From: Candidatus Uhrbacteria bacterium
Lineage (GTDB): Bacteria; Patescibacteriota; Patescibacteriia; UBA9934; GWF2-40-263
Direction of reading: 5' to 3'
Length of the DNA: 64,000 nt
Assembly: GCA_016188425.1 (NCBI GenBank)
Contig: JACPHX010000003.1
Coordinates: 18,606 to 82,605, forward strand
Under the pieces are notes generated by a model. The model ran no database searches and was not told the origin of the DNA. It worked only from the letters and a program-made list of their open reading frames with translations. Positions 20,445 through 30,726 of this stretch are shown here, piece by piece; the stretch's first letter is position 1; the number at the start of each line of letters is the position of its first letter. The translations under genes and the position numbers were made by a program.

Positions 20445-21248
20445 ATGGCGAGACCAGAAAAGAACACAGTCGATTATTTTCCTCACTACGTATACAGCGG
20501 TAAAACGCTGTTTACGGTTGAGCAGCGTTTTGGAAACGACGGCTATGCTTTTCTGTTCAAAATTCTGGAAGTATTGGGCAAGACCGAAAACCATTTTATT
20601 GACTGCAGAAAACCCGAGGATTACGAGTATCTGCTCGCAATAACCAAGGTGAGCCGAGATAAGGCGGAAGAAATCATGGCACTGCTCACGACTCTCGGAA
20701 CTTTTGATGCGGATTTGTGGAAGCATCGGATCATCTACAGCGATAATTTTATAAAAAATCTGGAAGGAGTTTACGAGAGGCGAAAAAGGAAAACGCTGAC
20801 GAAACAGGATTTATGCAAACAATTATCCATTAAATGCAAACAGAAACCCGCCTCAAGATCATTACCGTCCGCCGAAACACCACAAAGTAAAGTAAAGGAG
20901 AGTAAAGAAAAGAAAAGTGAAGGAGAGAAAAGTATAGGAGATAGTGACGGAATTTCTGACGAAATTCCTCCATCCCAAGAAGCGAGAGGTTATTTTGAAA
21001 AAATTTTGGGGATGAATTTACCCGAAGGCGATATGGAAAGACAGTTTGCGGAATATTGGACGGAAAAAAATAAAAACGGAAACAAACAAAGATGGGAATT
21101 GGAAAAAACTTTTGAGGTTAAAAAGAGACTGGCTACATGGCGCCGCAAAACCGAAGAATATAATTCAAAATTTTATGGAAAAAATCAGCGAGATAATCAC
21201 AGAGACGGACAAGTCTCAACCGAAGGACACGCAGACTTGGTCGTGTAG
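20445..21248 (+). CDS. Phage replication initiator (DUF4373-like N-terminus)
   Basis: MARP.K..VDYFPH, FGNDGYA...KILE, linker QSKVKESK, C-terminal RLATW. Confidence 0.8.
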   Translation: MARPEKNTVDYFPHYVYSGKTLFTVEQRFGNDGYAFLFKILEVLGKTENHFIDCRKPEDYEYLLAITKVSRDKAEEIMALLTTLGTFDADLWKHRIIYSDNFIKNLEGVYERRKRKTLTKQDLCKQLSIKCKQKPASRSLPSAETPQSKVKESKEKKSEGEKSIGDSDGISDEIPPSQEARGYFEKILGMNLPEGDMERQFAEYWTEKNKNGNKQRWELEKTFEVKKRLATWRRKTEEYNSKFYGKNQRDNHRDGQVSTEGHADLVV

Positions 21249-21993
21249 TGACTGCCGCGATCGCGGCTTTACCGAAACCTCCGTGTTCTATCAAGCCTTC
21301 GGCATGAGCGACAAACATTTCTGCCCTGAATGCGAGAGAGGCCGCGCCATGTACGAATCGTGGCGAAACGAACCCGAGAGGCAGGCCATACAGCGTGCAT
21401 GGAAACAGGAAAAAATTGAGCGCGCTCTGCGAATATCCGAGATCGATGGCCTATTTCGGGAAAAGCGGCTGAATAATTTAAAAAACTGCCCGAAACTTCA
21501 TGATGAAATCGCCAAGTACCTTAAGAACTGGAAAACCATGAAACAACACGGTTACGGCTTCTACTTCTGGGGCAATGTCGGTGCTGGCAAAACACACACG
21601 GCGATTGTACTGGCCAATGAACTCATGGAGCGAGAAATGGTTGAAGTACTCTTCCTAAACATTCCCGAGACGATCACGCGCATAAAAAATACCTTTGACA
21701 GCGAGATCAAATCCGAAGACTCAAGACTCTTTGACCGCATGAAGGAAATGGAAATGCTCGTACTCGATGATATTGGCGTTGAAAAGTATTCCGATTGGCT
21801 GTCTGACCAGATGTATCAAATAATCGACCACCGCTGGAAAAACCGCAAACCGATGGTGCTGACTTCAAACCTTTCCCTTGAAGACCTGAGCAAGAAATAC
21901 AAACCGCAGGTCGCTTCACGGATCAGGGGCTGCTGTAAAGCAATCCGTTTCAATGAGCAAGATCGCAGGCAACAATCAGCTCCTCTTTTTTAA
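21175..21993 (+). CDS. DnaC/IstB-like ATPase (helicase loader)
   Basis: Zn-finger Cys pairs, Walker A GNVGAGKT, Walker B LVLDDIG, TSN, SRI. Confidence 0.88.
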   Translation: MEKISEIITETDKSQPKDTQTWSCSDCRDRGFTETSVFYQAFGMSDKHFCPECERGRAMYESWRNEPERQAIQRAWKQEKIERALRISEIDGLFREKRLNNLKNCPKLHDEIAKYLKNWKTMKQHGYGFYFWGNVGAGKTHTAIVLANELMEREMVEVLFLNIPETITRIKNTFDSEIKSEDSRLFDRMKEMEMLVLDDIGVEKYSDWLSDQMYQIIDHRWKNRKPMVLTSNLSLEDLSKKYKPQVASRIRGCCKAIRFNEQDRRQQSAPLF

Positions 21994-22002
21994 CAAACTA
22001 CC

Positions 22003-22365
22003 ATGAGACATTTTTACCACAACAACGGCAACAAATTCGGAAACCGCAAAACAACGGTCGACGGCATCGAATTTGCGAGCGCCAAGGAAGCTCGACGCTA
22101 CATGGAGCTCAAACTTCTGCAAAGGACTGGAGAGATCAAGAACCTGAAAGTGCAACCGCGCTTCGAACTACTTCCATCGTTCAGGCATGAAGGCAAAGCG
22201 GAACGGAAGATCGAGTATGTTGCGGACTTCAGCTACACCACAAAGGACGGCGAAAAGATTGTTGAAGACGTCAAATCAATCATTACAAAAAACCATCCTG
22301 TCTACCGTCTCAAGAGGAAGCTTCTCCTCTTCAGGCATAAGGATTTTACATTCTTAGAAACTTAA
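22003..22365 (+). CDS. DUF1064 family protein
   Basis: NKFGNRKT.VDGI.F.S.KEA.RY, YVADF.Y, VEDVKS. Confidence 0.85.
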   Translation: MRHFYHNNGNKFGNRKTTVDGIEFASAKEARRYMELKLLQRTGEIKNLKVQPRFELLPSFRHEGKAERKIEYVADFSYTTKDGEKIVEDVKSIITKNHPVYRLKRKLLLFRHKDFTFLET

Positions 22366-22370
22366 AGTTT

Positions 22371-22574
22371 ATGGAAAACATCCCTATCAAAACGGCTCGC
22401 GGCAACTACATTCTCTTCAAATATCTCGTAAAAGAAGGGGCTCCGCTAGTAGAAATCAAAGACCGAAATAAGAAATTTTGGTATTATAAATTCGAGAACG
22501 GAGAGTTCAAAGTCGTAACCGTCACATCAAAGTCCCTCTTCGAGGAACTTCCCGAACTGCTTGAAAATGCATAG
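22371..22574 (+). CDS. Hypothetical protein
   Basis: 67-aa ORF in the operon. Confidence 0.55.
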   Translation: MENIPIKTARGNYILFKYLVKEGAPLVEIKDRNKKFWYYKFENGEFKVVTVTSKSLFEELPELLENA

Positions 22575-22607
22575 GCTCGGCCTATACTCAAGCAAATATC
22601 GGAACCC

Positions 22608-22658
22608 AGTCTTAAAGACCATTTGCCCGCAAAAACGGGCTTCGCATGGTCTTTTTTT
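22608..22658 (+). promoter_or_regulatory. Putative leader attenuator, copy 1
   Basis: AGTCTTAAAGACCA...TGGTCTTTTTTT after TTGAAA-16-TATACT; second copy at 38171. Confidence 0.6.
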
Positions 22659-22670
22659 AATTTTACCCCT

Positions 22671-23927
22671 ATGAAAATCGAACAAGTAAACATCGAACAA
22701 CTCATCTTCGCGGATTACAACCCGCGCGCCTCGACCGAAAAGGAAGAGCAAGAACTCAAGAAATCCATTGAGCGTTTTGGCTTTGTGGAGCCTGTGATCG
22801 TGAACAGCGACGCCAAAAGAAAAAACATTATCATCGGCGGACACTTCCGCGTGCGCATGGCCAAGAAAATGGGCATCAAAGAAGTGCCCGTGCATTACAT
22901 CAAAATCAGCGACATCAAAAAGGAAAAGGAACTGAATCTCCGCCTCAACAAAAACTTGGGACACTGGGACATGGATCTGCTCGCGAACTTCGACGAAGAA
23001 ACGCTTCTCGACGTGGGTTTTGATTCGGCCGAGATTGATCAGCTCTTCCTGAACCTCGATCCAGACGACAAGGACGACGAAGTGCCCGAGCTGCCAGAAA
23101 CGGCCGTCTCAAAGCTGGGTGAAATCTACCTGCTCGGCGAACACCGCCTGATGTGCGGAGACTCAACCAGCAAAGAGGATGTGGCTAAGCTCATGAACAA
23201 CCAGAAAGCCGACATGGTCTTCACCGATCCTCCCTACAACGTGAACTACAAAGGGTCGGGCGAAAAGACCAAGAACCACATCAAGAATGACAACATGAGC
23301 GACGACGCCTTCACTGACTTTCTGACCAAGTCATTTCAGAACTACCGCGAATCAATGAAGGCTGGCTCGGGTATTTATGTCTTTCACAGCTCATCAACGC
23401 AACGGCAATTCGAAGGCGCCTTGGAAAAGACGGGATTCGAAGTGAAGAGCCAACTCATCTGGAATAAGCCGTCGAGCGCGCTCGGCTGGGGCGATTACCG
23501 ATGGAAACATGAACCGTTCTTTTACGCTGGAATCAAGGGCGAAAAGATACAGTTTTACGGCGACCGCTCCCACTCGAGCGTCTGGGACTTTCAGAAATCG
23601 GAAAAGGAATTGCTCTCATGGGCTCAACGCATGAAACGTTATGAGCAGCAAGGAAAAACCACAGTATGGAGTATGTCCCGCAGTAATGTGCAGGAATACG
23701 TCCATCCAACGCAAAAGCCCGTTGAGCTCGTCTCCTACGCCATCGTAAACAGCAGCAAATCTGGAGATATCGTGCTCGACCTGTTTATGGGCTCGGGCTC
23801 GGCTTTGATTGCCTGCGAGAAAACCCACCGCGTGTCTTACGGCATGGAACTCGACCCGAAATACGTCGACGTGATCGTAAAACGCTGGGAAGACTTCACG
23901 GGCAAGAAGGCCAAAAAATCCTCCTAA
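22671..23927 (+). CDS. ParB-domain N6/N4 DNA methyltransferase
   Basis: YNPR...GGHFR ParB-N, HRLMCGDS, FTDPPY, HPTQKP, DLFMGSGS. Confidence 0.9.
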   Translation: MKIEQVNIEQLIFADYNPRASTEKEEQELKKSIERFGFVEPVIVNSDAKRKNIIIGGHFRVRMAKKMGIKEVPVHYIKISDIKKEKELNLRLNKNLGHWDMDLLANFDEETLLDVGFDSAEIDQLFLNLDPDDKDDEVPELPETAVSKLGEIYLLGEHRLMCGDSTSKEDVAKLMNNQKADMVFTDPPYNVNYKGSGEKTKNHIKNDNMSDDAFTDFLTKSFQNYRESMKAGSGIYVFHSSSTQRQFEGALEKTGFEVKSQLIWNKPSSALGWGDYRWKHEPFFYAGIKGEKIQFYGDRSHSSVWDFQKSEKELLSWAQRMKRYEQQGKTTVWSMSRSNVQEYVHPTQKPVELVSYAIVNSSKSGDIVLDLFMGSGSALIACEKTHRVSYGMELDPKYVDVIVKRWEDFTGKKAKKSS

Positions 23928-23974
23928 CATGTGACGCTTGTTACACGGACGGGGGTGCTTACTAACTCACTTTT

Positions 23975-24325
23975 ATGCAAGGCAAGAAAACTACAGCTCG
24001 GGACAAAAAACTCTTCCTTGCGGCGCTACAACGCCGCAAAGGGATTGTTACGCTTGCCTGCAAAGAAGTGAACATAAGCTCAATGACCTTTTACCGATGG
24101 CAAAAAGACGATCCTGATTTTTACCAGAAATCAGAGGAAATCCGATACATCGAAATCGGCATTATCGCCGAAGACAGGCTTGCGGAAGCCATCATCGTAA
24201 ACAAGGACATGAACATGGTGCGCTTCTATCTGCAAACCAGAAATCATAAATACATGATGAAGCAACAACTTCAGTTCGAAGACCCAACCATCGAGCTGGC
24301 CAAATTATTATCCAAAGACGAATGA
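23975..24325 (+). CDS. Terminase small subunit (HTH)
   Basis: ACKEVNISSMTFYRW..DDPDF; overlaps the start of the large subunit. Confidence 0.7.
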   Translation: MQGKKTTARDKKLFLAALQRRKGIVTLACKEVNISSMTFYRWQKDDPDFYQKSEEIRYIEIGIIAEDRLAEAIIVNKDMNMVRFYLQTRNHKYMMKQQLQFEDPTIELAKLLSKDE

Positions 24326-25704
24326 TCATAGACCTGCCAAAAACTTACCGAGGGTTGAACCTGTTTGGGGAGAAATACTTCAAACGGCCATTCACGGAAT
24401 ACCAGCGGACGATCGCCGAACAGATTCTCCGTACTATTTTTGTGGGAGGCGGTGAAGAGGTGTTCATCGAGGTATCAAGGCAAGCGGGAAAAACCACGGC
24501 CGTCGTGGATGCGATCGCCTACCTCATGACGTTTGCCCACCACTTCTTCCCAACGCCTCTAGCGATCGGCATTTTTGCTCCTCAAAAAGAACAGGCAAAA
24601 ACGGACTTCGATCGTCTCAAAGAAAACCTGCGCATATTGAAAACCATCTACCGATTAGATTTTGAAGAGTCTAACGGAACCACTCTCAAGCTCGGCAACG
24701 GCAATACGATTTACTGTTTCTCGCTCTCGCCAACGTCACACTTGGAAAGCAAATCGCTCCATCTGGCCATTATTGAGGAAGCCCAAAAGATCGACGACGA
24801 AAAGGCGAAGAATGAAGTTTTCCCGATGTTGGCTTCAACCAATGGCAGCAAGATATTCATCGGCTCGGGCGGATATCAACTGTGCAATTTCTATCGAGGA
24901 ATTGAGAACGGCAAGAACGTATTCAAGTACGACTATCAGCAAGTGATCGCAGACAAAGAACGCCTGCACGCCAAAACAAAGAACCGCATGCACCTTAAAT
25001 ACAAAGACTTTATCGAGGGCGAAAAGGAACGCTACCGCGAAGACAGCGACTACTTTCAAACGCAGTACGCGCTTGAATGGAAAATAGGACGCGGAATGCT
25101 TATAACCAAGGTCGATCTCGAAAAGCTCAGGCGAGACTACAACGTGAAGCTGCCGTACGAAAACCCCGTGTATGTTGGCTGGGATATTGCCAAAGAGGAA
25201 GACGAAAGCGTGATGACTGTAATCGGTTGGGACGAAGACCTGAAAAAATACAAAATCCTGTGCTGGTTGGCGATGAAGGGCGATGACTATACCGAACAGG
25301 TCGAGATTGTGGCGAAGGAGCTTACCAAGTTTAAGCATGTCATGAAGATCTGCATTGACGCCACGGGCGTCGGCGATCCAGTGGTCGATAACTTCAAGAA
25401 ACAAACCCGCTACAACACCGAACCTGTGAAATTCAGCCTGCAGACCAAGGATACGCTCTACAAGAACTTGATCAAGGTACTGCGAGATGAAGAACTCACA
25501 TACCAAAACGGTCACAAGTACGCTCCTAAATTCGAGAATCAAATGCTGGACATGGTCAAGGAATACAAGGGCGAATTCCTGTCGTGCCATCACCCAGAGA
25601 AAGCGGGCGCGCACGACGACTTCCCAGACAGCCTCGCCCTCGCACTTTATAAAGCAAGAAAAATAACCGACGTGAATCTTAATCGTCACGATCTCGGACT
25701 TTAA
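24322..25704 (+). CDS. Terminase large subunit
   Basis: SRQAGKT, IIEEAQ, VGWDIA, IDATGVG, HDDFPDS. Confidence 0.9.
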   Translation: MIIDLPKTYRGLNLFGEKYFKRPFTEYQRTIAEQILRTIFVGGGEEVFIEVSRQAGKTTAVVDAIAYLMTFAHHFFPTPLAIGIFAPQKEQAKTDFDRLKENLRILKTIYRLDFEESNGTTLKLGNGNTIYCFSLSPTSHLESKSLHLAIIEEAQKIDDEKAKNEVFPMLASTNGSKIFIGSGGYQLCNFYRGIENGKNVFKYDYQQVIADKERLHAKTKNRMHLKYKDFIEGEKERYREDSDYFQTQYALEWKIGRGMLITKVDLEKLRRDYNVKLPYENPVYVGWDIAKEEDESVMTVIGWDEDLKKYKILCWLAMKGDDYTEQVEIVAKELTKFKHVMKICIDATGVGDPVVDNFKKQTRYNTEPVKFSLQTKDTLYKNLIKVLRDEELTYQNGHKYAPKFENQMLDMVKEYKGEFLSCHHPEKAGAHDDFPDSLALALYKARKITDVNLNRHDLGL

Positions 25705-25721
25705 TCATTTAACTAACCCAT

Positions 25722-27137
25722 ATGAGCGACATCACAACACAATTCCCGACCAATGATGACTTTAACCGCGTTGCCAAACTGAACAATTACTACAACGTGT
25801 TCAAAGGGCTTCATAGCAAGGTATTCAAACTCAAAAGCTACTTCGAGGAAGACAGCAAGAAAAAGACGCTGCTCTATCTCGCGTACAACGTCGGCCAGAT
25901 AGTATCGCTGACCGCCGCCGACTTTCTGTTCGGCGAGCAACTAAAGATTCAGACCAACGAATCCGAAGATCAAAAGCCGATGGAAAAGAAAATCAATACC
26001 ATCATTCAAAACAACTACCTCGACGAAAAGCTCTATCAAAGCGCCGTCATGCAGGACGTGGCTGGCTTTGCCATAATTACCGTACGGCAAAAGGATAAAG
26101 CGGCAATCATCGAGGAAGTGCCATACGACAATTACTACCCCGACTTCACGGGCGTGCGTCTCGGCGAGGAGCCTCGGCAAATCGTGATCGCTTCCTACGT
26201 CGACCTCGTGAATCCGAAGAACCAAAAAAAGGAAACCTTCCTCTACAAGCAAATCCACAAACTTGAAAACAGCAAAGGCAAAATCGTGCATGAGCTCTGG
26301 ACGACCACGCCCGACATGAAGCAATCGCAACTGACTGAACTGGCATTATTCAGCGCCGATCTGCCAGCCGAGGAAGATACGGAGCTGGACTACATACCAA
26401 TTTTCCAGATTGATAACTTCAAGACGGTAAAGGAACGCTTCGGAATCTCCACTTACGAAAGCGTGATGAATTTGTTTGAGGAAATAAACGACCGCATTAC
26501 GCAAATCTCCGTGCAGCTTATTAAGCACCTGAATTCAAAGGTGGCTGTTGGCGAGGGCGTGCTCAGCAAAAAGGGCGAAATAGATAGTACTCAGGATATC
26601 TTCCTCGTTGAAAAGGGCGACATCATTCCGCAATACATCACCAATTCCAATCCGCTTATCGAGGAAGGATTTAAGCAGATCGAAGGACTCATTCGTCAGA
26701 TTTGCACAGTCACGCAGACACCTGCATCGTTTTTGGGGTTAGATGATAAAGGCGGAGTGGAAAAGGTTGAAACGGCAAAGCTCCGTATGGCCTCATTCCT
26801 CAAGAAGATCAAACGCAAGCAACGTAGTTACGAGGCCAAGCTGGTGGATATTTTGAAGACGGCGTTGTTCTTTGAAGGCGCCAAGAAATTTCCAGACAAC
26901 GTCGACATCTCTTTCGCATGGGACTTGGGATTGCCGCGTGATTTATTTACCGAAGCGCAAACGCATCAGATCATGGTTGAAAGCGGCATGGAAAGCAAAG
27001 AGACGGCCATTCGAGAGCTCAAAGGCTTTGACGGTGAGACATTGCAAAACGAGCTCGATAAGATCGAAAAACAAAATGAAATGTCGACCTACCAGATAGA
27101 TCAAGCACGCAAGCAGATTCCTGATATCAGCCTTTAA
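25722..27137 (+). CDS. Portal protein (SPP1/A118-like)
   Basis: Follows terminase; ADFLFGE, FGIS.Y, SKETAI; 471 aa. Confidence 0.82.
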   Translation: MSDITTQFPTNDDFNRVAKLNNYYNVFKGLHSKVFKLKSYFEEDSKKKTLLYLAYNVGQIVSLTAADFLFGEQLKIQTNESEDQKPMEKKINTIIQNNYLDEKLYQSAVMQDVAGFAIITVRQKDKAAIIEEVPYDNYYPDFTGVRLGEEPRQIVIASYVDLVNPKNQKKETFLYKQIHKLENSKGKIVHELWTTTPDMKQSQLTELALFSADLPAEEDTELDYIPIFQIDNFKTVKERFGISTYESVMNLFEEINDRITQISVQLIKHLNSKVAVGEGVLSKKGEIDSTQDIFLVEKGDIIPQYITNSNPLIEEGFKQIEGLIRQICTVTQTPASFLGLDDKGGVEKVETAKLRMASFLKKIKRKQRSYEAKLVDILKTALFFEGAKKFPDNVDISFAWDLGLPRDLFTEAQTHQIMVESGMESKETAIRELKGFDGETLQNELDKIEKQNEMSTYQIDQARKQIPDISL

Positions 27138-27148
27138 CCCGATACCGT

Positions 27149-27340
27149 ATGAGCTACAACACCCATCCTAATCCTTACCAAAAGCACCTCACCTCCGAGG
27201 AAGTGCTGCAAAAGCGACTTGAAAACATAGATCGCAATTGGCTGAAGTACGCAAAGGTCGCGTTGATTTGCCATCTTCTGTTGCTAGTCTTTCTATTCAC
27301 GGTGATCGTGACGGTGCGTTTCGCATTCTTAATTTTTTAA
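27149..27340 (+). CDS. Small single-TM protein
   Basis: 63 aa with a hydrophobic C-terminal helix. Confidence 0.5.
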   Translation: MSYNTHPNPYQKHLTSEEVLQKRLENIDRNWLKYAKVALICHLLLLVFLFTVIVTVRFAFLIF

Positions 27341-27342
27341 CT

Positions 27343-28113
27343 ATGGCCAACGAAAGTAAACTCATCAACATATACCGCCGAGCGACGCGCCAGCTCGAGA
27401 CGACTGTCAGGCGTGCCGATCCAAGGAAACCAATAATTCTGATTCGGAAAGTGATCATGGGAGACATCAACAAGATTGCTGCAGACCTTGAGCGCGAAAC
27501 AAAGAACTGGCTCGTTGTTGAAATTCCACAGGAATACAAAAAAGGCAGTCAACAAGCCGTGGACGACGCTGGGAAACTCGGACTTACATTCGACAAGACT
27601 GGCTTCGGACAAGTTCACAAAGAAGCCATTCAAGCTCTGACCGAAGACGCTTATCTCGACTTTGCATCTGGCATCGAGGGTGTGCGACGCGCTGGCCGAG
27701 GATTTGTGAGCGACATCGTAAAGAAGAAAATCAATGAACGTATCGTCTCAGGGCAACTCGAAGGCAAAGCTTTGGACAACGTGAAGCGCGAAGTAAAGCA
27801 ACTCGTCGAAGACACTGGATTCACCGCGCTGGTAGACCGAGGCGGAAAGCATTGGGCTATCGATAGTTACGCCGAAATGCTCGTGCGCACGCATGTGATC
27901 AAAGCCAACGGTGAAGGGACAAGAAATCGCTTATTGAGCAATCGGGTGGACTTGGTCGAGATCTCCACTCATGCCACAGCGTGCCCGATCTGCCAGCCCT
28001 ATGAGGGCAGAGTTTATAGCCTGACTGGGAAAAGTGAGGGGTACGATAAAGCGCCTGAATTGCCGATCCATCCGAACTGCAGACACAGCTATATGCCTTA
28101 TATAGAGGATTAA
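27343..28113 (+). CDS. Minor capsid / head morphogenesis protein (MuF-like)
   Basis: DRGGKHW.IDSYAEM..RT, H..ACPIC.PYEG, HPNCRH. Confidence 0.85.
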   Translation: MANESKLINIYRRATRQLETTVRRADPRKPIILIRKVIMGDINKIAADLERETKNWLVVEIPQEYKKGSQQAVDDAGKLGLTFDKTGFGQVHKEAIQALTEDAYLDFASGIEGVRRAGRGFVSDIVKKKINERIVSGQLEGKALDNVKREVKQLVEDTGFTALVDRGGKHWAIDSYAEMLVRTHVIKANGEGTRNRLLSNRVDLVEISTHATACPICQPYEGRVYSLTGKSEGYDKAPELPIHPNCRHSYMPYIED

Positions 28114-28130
28114 CGGATTTCCACAGGCAT

Positions 28131-28153
28131 AAGCCCCGAAATGGGGCTATTTT
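28131..28153 (+). terminator. Intrinsic terminator before the defence moron
   Basis: AGCCCC-GAAAT-GGGGCT-ATTTT. Confidence 0.6.
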
Positions 28154-28228
28154 GGTCTTGAAAAATAATCTCAAAGTGGTACTATAATGATGACGCTGTC
28201 CTGCAAACACTTAATTACATGCAATATT

Positions 28229-28450
28229 ATGGCAGAGAATAAACAACCCGAAAAAACCATAGGGCAAAAAATCAAAGAATTGCGTAAAAAAAAGGATTTA
28301 ACGCAAGAGGGTTTGGCGCGCAAAGCTGATCTTCCGTATACCACTCTTGTTAAAATTGAAGGCGACGCGATTCAGAATCCTACGCTCGATACTATTACAA
28401 AAATAGCAGCGGGATTGGAAGTCTCTTTGGATGATTTAATAAACTCATAA
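28229..28450 (+). CDS. XRE HTH regulator (R-M controller-like)
   Basis: IKELRKKKDLTQEGLA...IE...NPTL.TI.KIA..L.VS; directly upstream of hsdM. Confidence 0.85.
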   Translation: MAENKQPEKTIGQKIKELRKKKDLTQEGLARKADLPYTTLVKIEGDAIQNPTLDTITKIAAGLEVSLDDLINS

Positions 28451-28453
28451 TCT

Positions 28454-30718
28454 ATGGCAAAAGATTCAAACAATAAAACGGTCGAAACATTTGAAAAGCA
28501 ACTTTTTAAAGCTGCAGACAAACTACGCAAAAATATTGATGCTGCAGAATACAAGCACGTTGTGCTCGGCCTTGTTTTTCTTAAATATATTTCGGACTCC
28601 TTCGAAGAACTCTACAACAAATTGAAGGAAGGCAAGGGCGAATACGAAGGCGCTGACCCAGAGGATCAAGACGAGTACCGTGCTCAGAATGTTTTCTGGG
28701 TGCCACAAAATGCTCGATGGTCTTACCTCCATTCTCGTGCAAAGCTTCCAACGATAGGAACTGATCTCGATGAAGCAATGGAACTTATCGAGAAGGAGAA
28801 CCCAACCCTAAAGGGCATTTTGGCAAAGGTCTATGCAAAACCGAATCTTGATAAAGCTGCGCTTGGCGGACTGATTGACCTAATCAGCAATACTGCGCTT
28901 GGAAGTGAAGCTGCGAAGTCAAAAGATCTTCTCGGCCGAGTCTATGAATATTTCCTCGGTGAATTCGCTAATGCTGAAGGTAAAAAAGGCGGACAATTCT
29001 ATACACCGAAAGCAATTGTAAGACTGCTGGTTGAAATGATTGAACCATACAAAGGGCGTGTATATGACCCTTGCTGCGGATCAGGCGGGATGTTTGTTAT
29101 GAGCGAAAAATTCGTACTCGAACATTCTGGGCGTCTCGACGATGTATCTATTTACGGACAAGAAAGCAATCAAACCACATACAGATTGAGCCGTATGAAT
29201 ATGGCTATTCGCGGTATTGATGGTTCACAAATCAAATGGAACAGCGAGGGTTCATTTTTGAAAGATGCACATCCTGATTTGAAAGCAGATTATATTATTG
29301 CAAATCCTCCATTCAATCAGTCTGACTGGGGGCAAGAAATACTGCGAAACGATCCTCGTTGGCAATTCGGGCTTCCTCCTGCAAGTAATGCCAATTTTGG
29401 CTGGATGCAACACATGATTTACCACCTTGCTCCCCACGGAGTAATGGGTCTTGTTCTCGCAAACGGCTCGTTATCATCCAACTCCTCTGGGGAGGGTGAA
29501 ATTAGACAACGAATGATCGAGGCGGATTTAGTCGATTGCATAGTAAGTCTTCCTACTCAACTTTTCTATAATACTGGAATTTCGGCATGCTTATGGTTTA
29601 TATCTAGGAAACGCAGTGGCAATGGTGATCGTAAACGTACAGGAGAAATACTATTTATAGATGCGAGTGAAATGGGTCACATGATTGATAGCACCCATCG
29701 CGAATTTACTGACGCTGATGTTGCTAAGGTATCTAGTATTTATCATGAATGGAGAAAGGACGGAGGAAGTTATAGCGATGAAAAGGGATTGTGTAAATCA
29801 GGCTCAATTAAGGATATCGAAAAACATCACTTCGTGTTGACTCCAAGTCGATACGTTGGAGTGGCAGATGATCAGAATAGCAAGATACCCTTTGAGTTTC
29901 AAATTGAAAATCTGAATAAATTCGGCAAGGAGCAAGCTAGAATTGAATCAATATTAAATCAGGAAATAATTGAAAGTATTAAATATTTCTGCCCAAATTA
30001 CGATTGGGCGAATACCAATTTTTTGTCTACTGAAATCTTAGAACAAATTACACAGATGCTGTTCAAAGAATGGTTTCTCGAATTCAATTTTTTGGATGAT
30101 AACGGAAAACCTTATAAAAAAAGTGGTGGGGAGATGATAGAAAATGATTTCGGCCTGATTCCTAAAGGATGGAGTATTGGGAAAGTCGGAGAGATTATTG
30201 ATATTTTTGATTCACAAAGAATCCCGTTGTCTTCACGAGAAAGAACGAAGCGTAAAGGTGAATACCGCTATTACGGGGCAACGTCAATAATGGATTATGT
30301 GGACGACTATTTGTTTGAGGGAATCTATCTCCTTTTAGGAGAAGACGGATCGGTTATCGATGATAAAGGATATCCAATCTTGCAGTATGTTTGGGGGAAA
30401 TTTTGGGTCAACAATCACGCGCATGTTTTGCAAGGTAAGAATGGTTACAGTACAGAGATGCTTTATTTGCTTTTCAAAAACACGAGAGTGGCTGGCATTG
30501 TTAACGGCGCCGTGCAGTTAAAAATTAACCAAGGGAACTTACTAGGTTTGGAGATCGTTATTCCTGAGAGAAAAATCCTAGATACCTTTTGTGAAAAAAT
30601 TTCTCCAATTTTTAAGAAAATTAGGTTCATGCACGACCAACTAAAAAATCTTGCATCAATCAATAAAAATGAAGAGCCTCAGTACGTTGAAGGACAGAGT
30701 AAAACTAATATTTCATAA
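28454..30718 (+). CDS. hsdM: Type I R-M methyltransferase HsdM fused to a single-TRD half HsdS
   Basis: GQFYTP, DPCCGSGG, ANPPFN, LTPSRYVG, then LFKEWF...PYKKSGGEM...IPKGW plus one TRD. Confidence 0.85.
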   Translation: MAKDSNNKTVETFEKQLFKAADKLRKNIDAAEYKHVVLGLVFLKYISDSFEELYNKLKEGKGEYEGADPEDQDEYRAQNVFWVPQNARWSYLHSRAKLPTIGTDLDEAMELIEKENPTLKGILAKVYAKPNLDKAALGGLIDLISNTALGSEAAKSKDLLGRVYEYFLGEFANAEGKKGGQFYTPKAIVRLLVEMIEPYKGRVYDPCCGSGGMFVMSEKFVLEHSGRLDDVSIYGQESNQTTYRLSRMNMAIRGIDGSQIKWNSEGSFLKDAHPDLKADYIIANPPFNQSDWGQEILRNDPRWQFGLPPASNANFGWMQHMIYHLAPHGVMGLVLANGSLSSNSSGEGEIRQRMIEADLVDCIVSLPTQLFYNTGISACLWFISRKRSGNGDRKRTGEILFIDASEMGHMIDSTHREFTDADVAKVSSIYHEWRKDGGSYSDEKGLCKSGSIKDIEKHHFVLTPSRYVGVADDQNSKIPFEFQIENLNKFGKEQARIESILNQEIIESIKYFCPNYDWANTNFLSTEILEQITQMLFKEWFLEFNFLDDNGKPYKKSGGEMIENDFGLIPKGWSIGKVGEIIDIFDSQRIPLSSRERTKRKGEYRYYGATSIMDYVDDYLFEGIYLLLGEDGSVIDDKGYPILQYVWGKFWVNNHAHVLQGKNGYSTEMLYLLFKNTRVAGIVNGAVQLKINQGNLLGLEIVIPERKILDTFCEKISPIFKKIRFMHDQLKNLASINKNEEPQYVEGQSKTNIS

Positions 30719-30726
30719 TAATTCTT

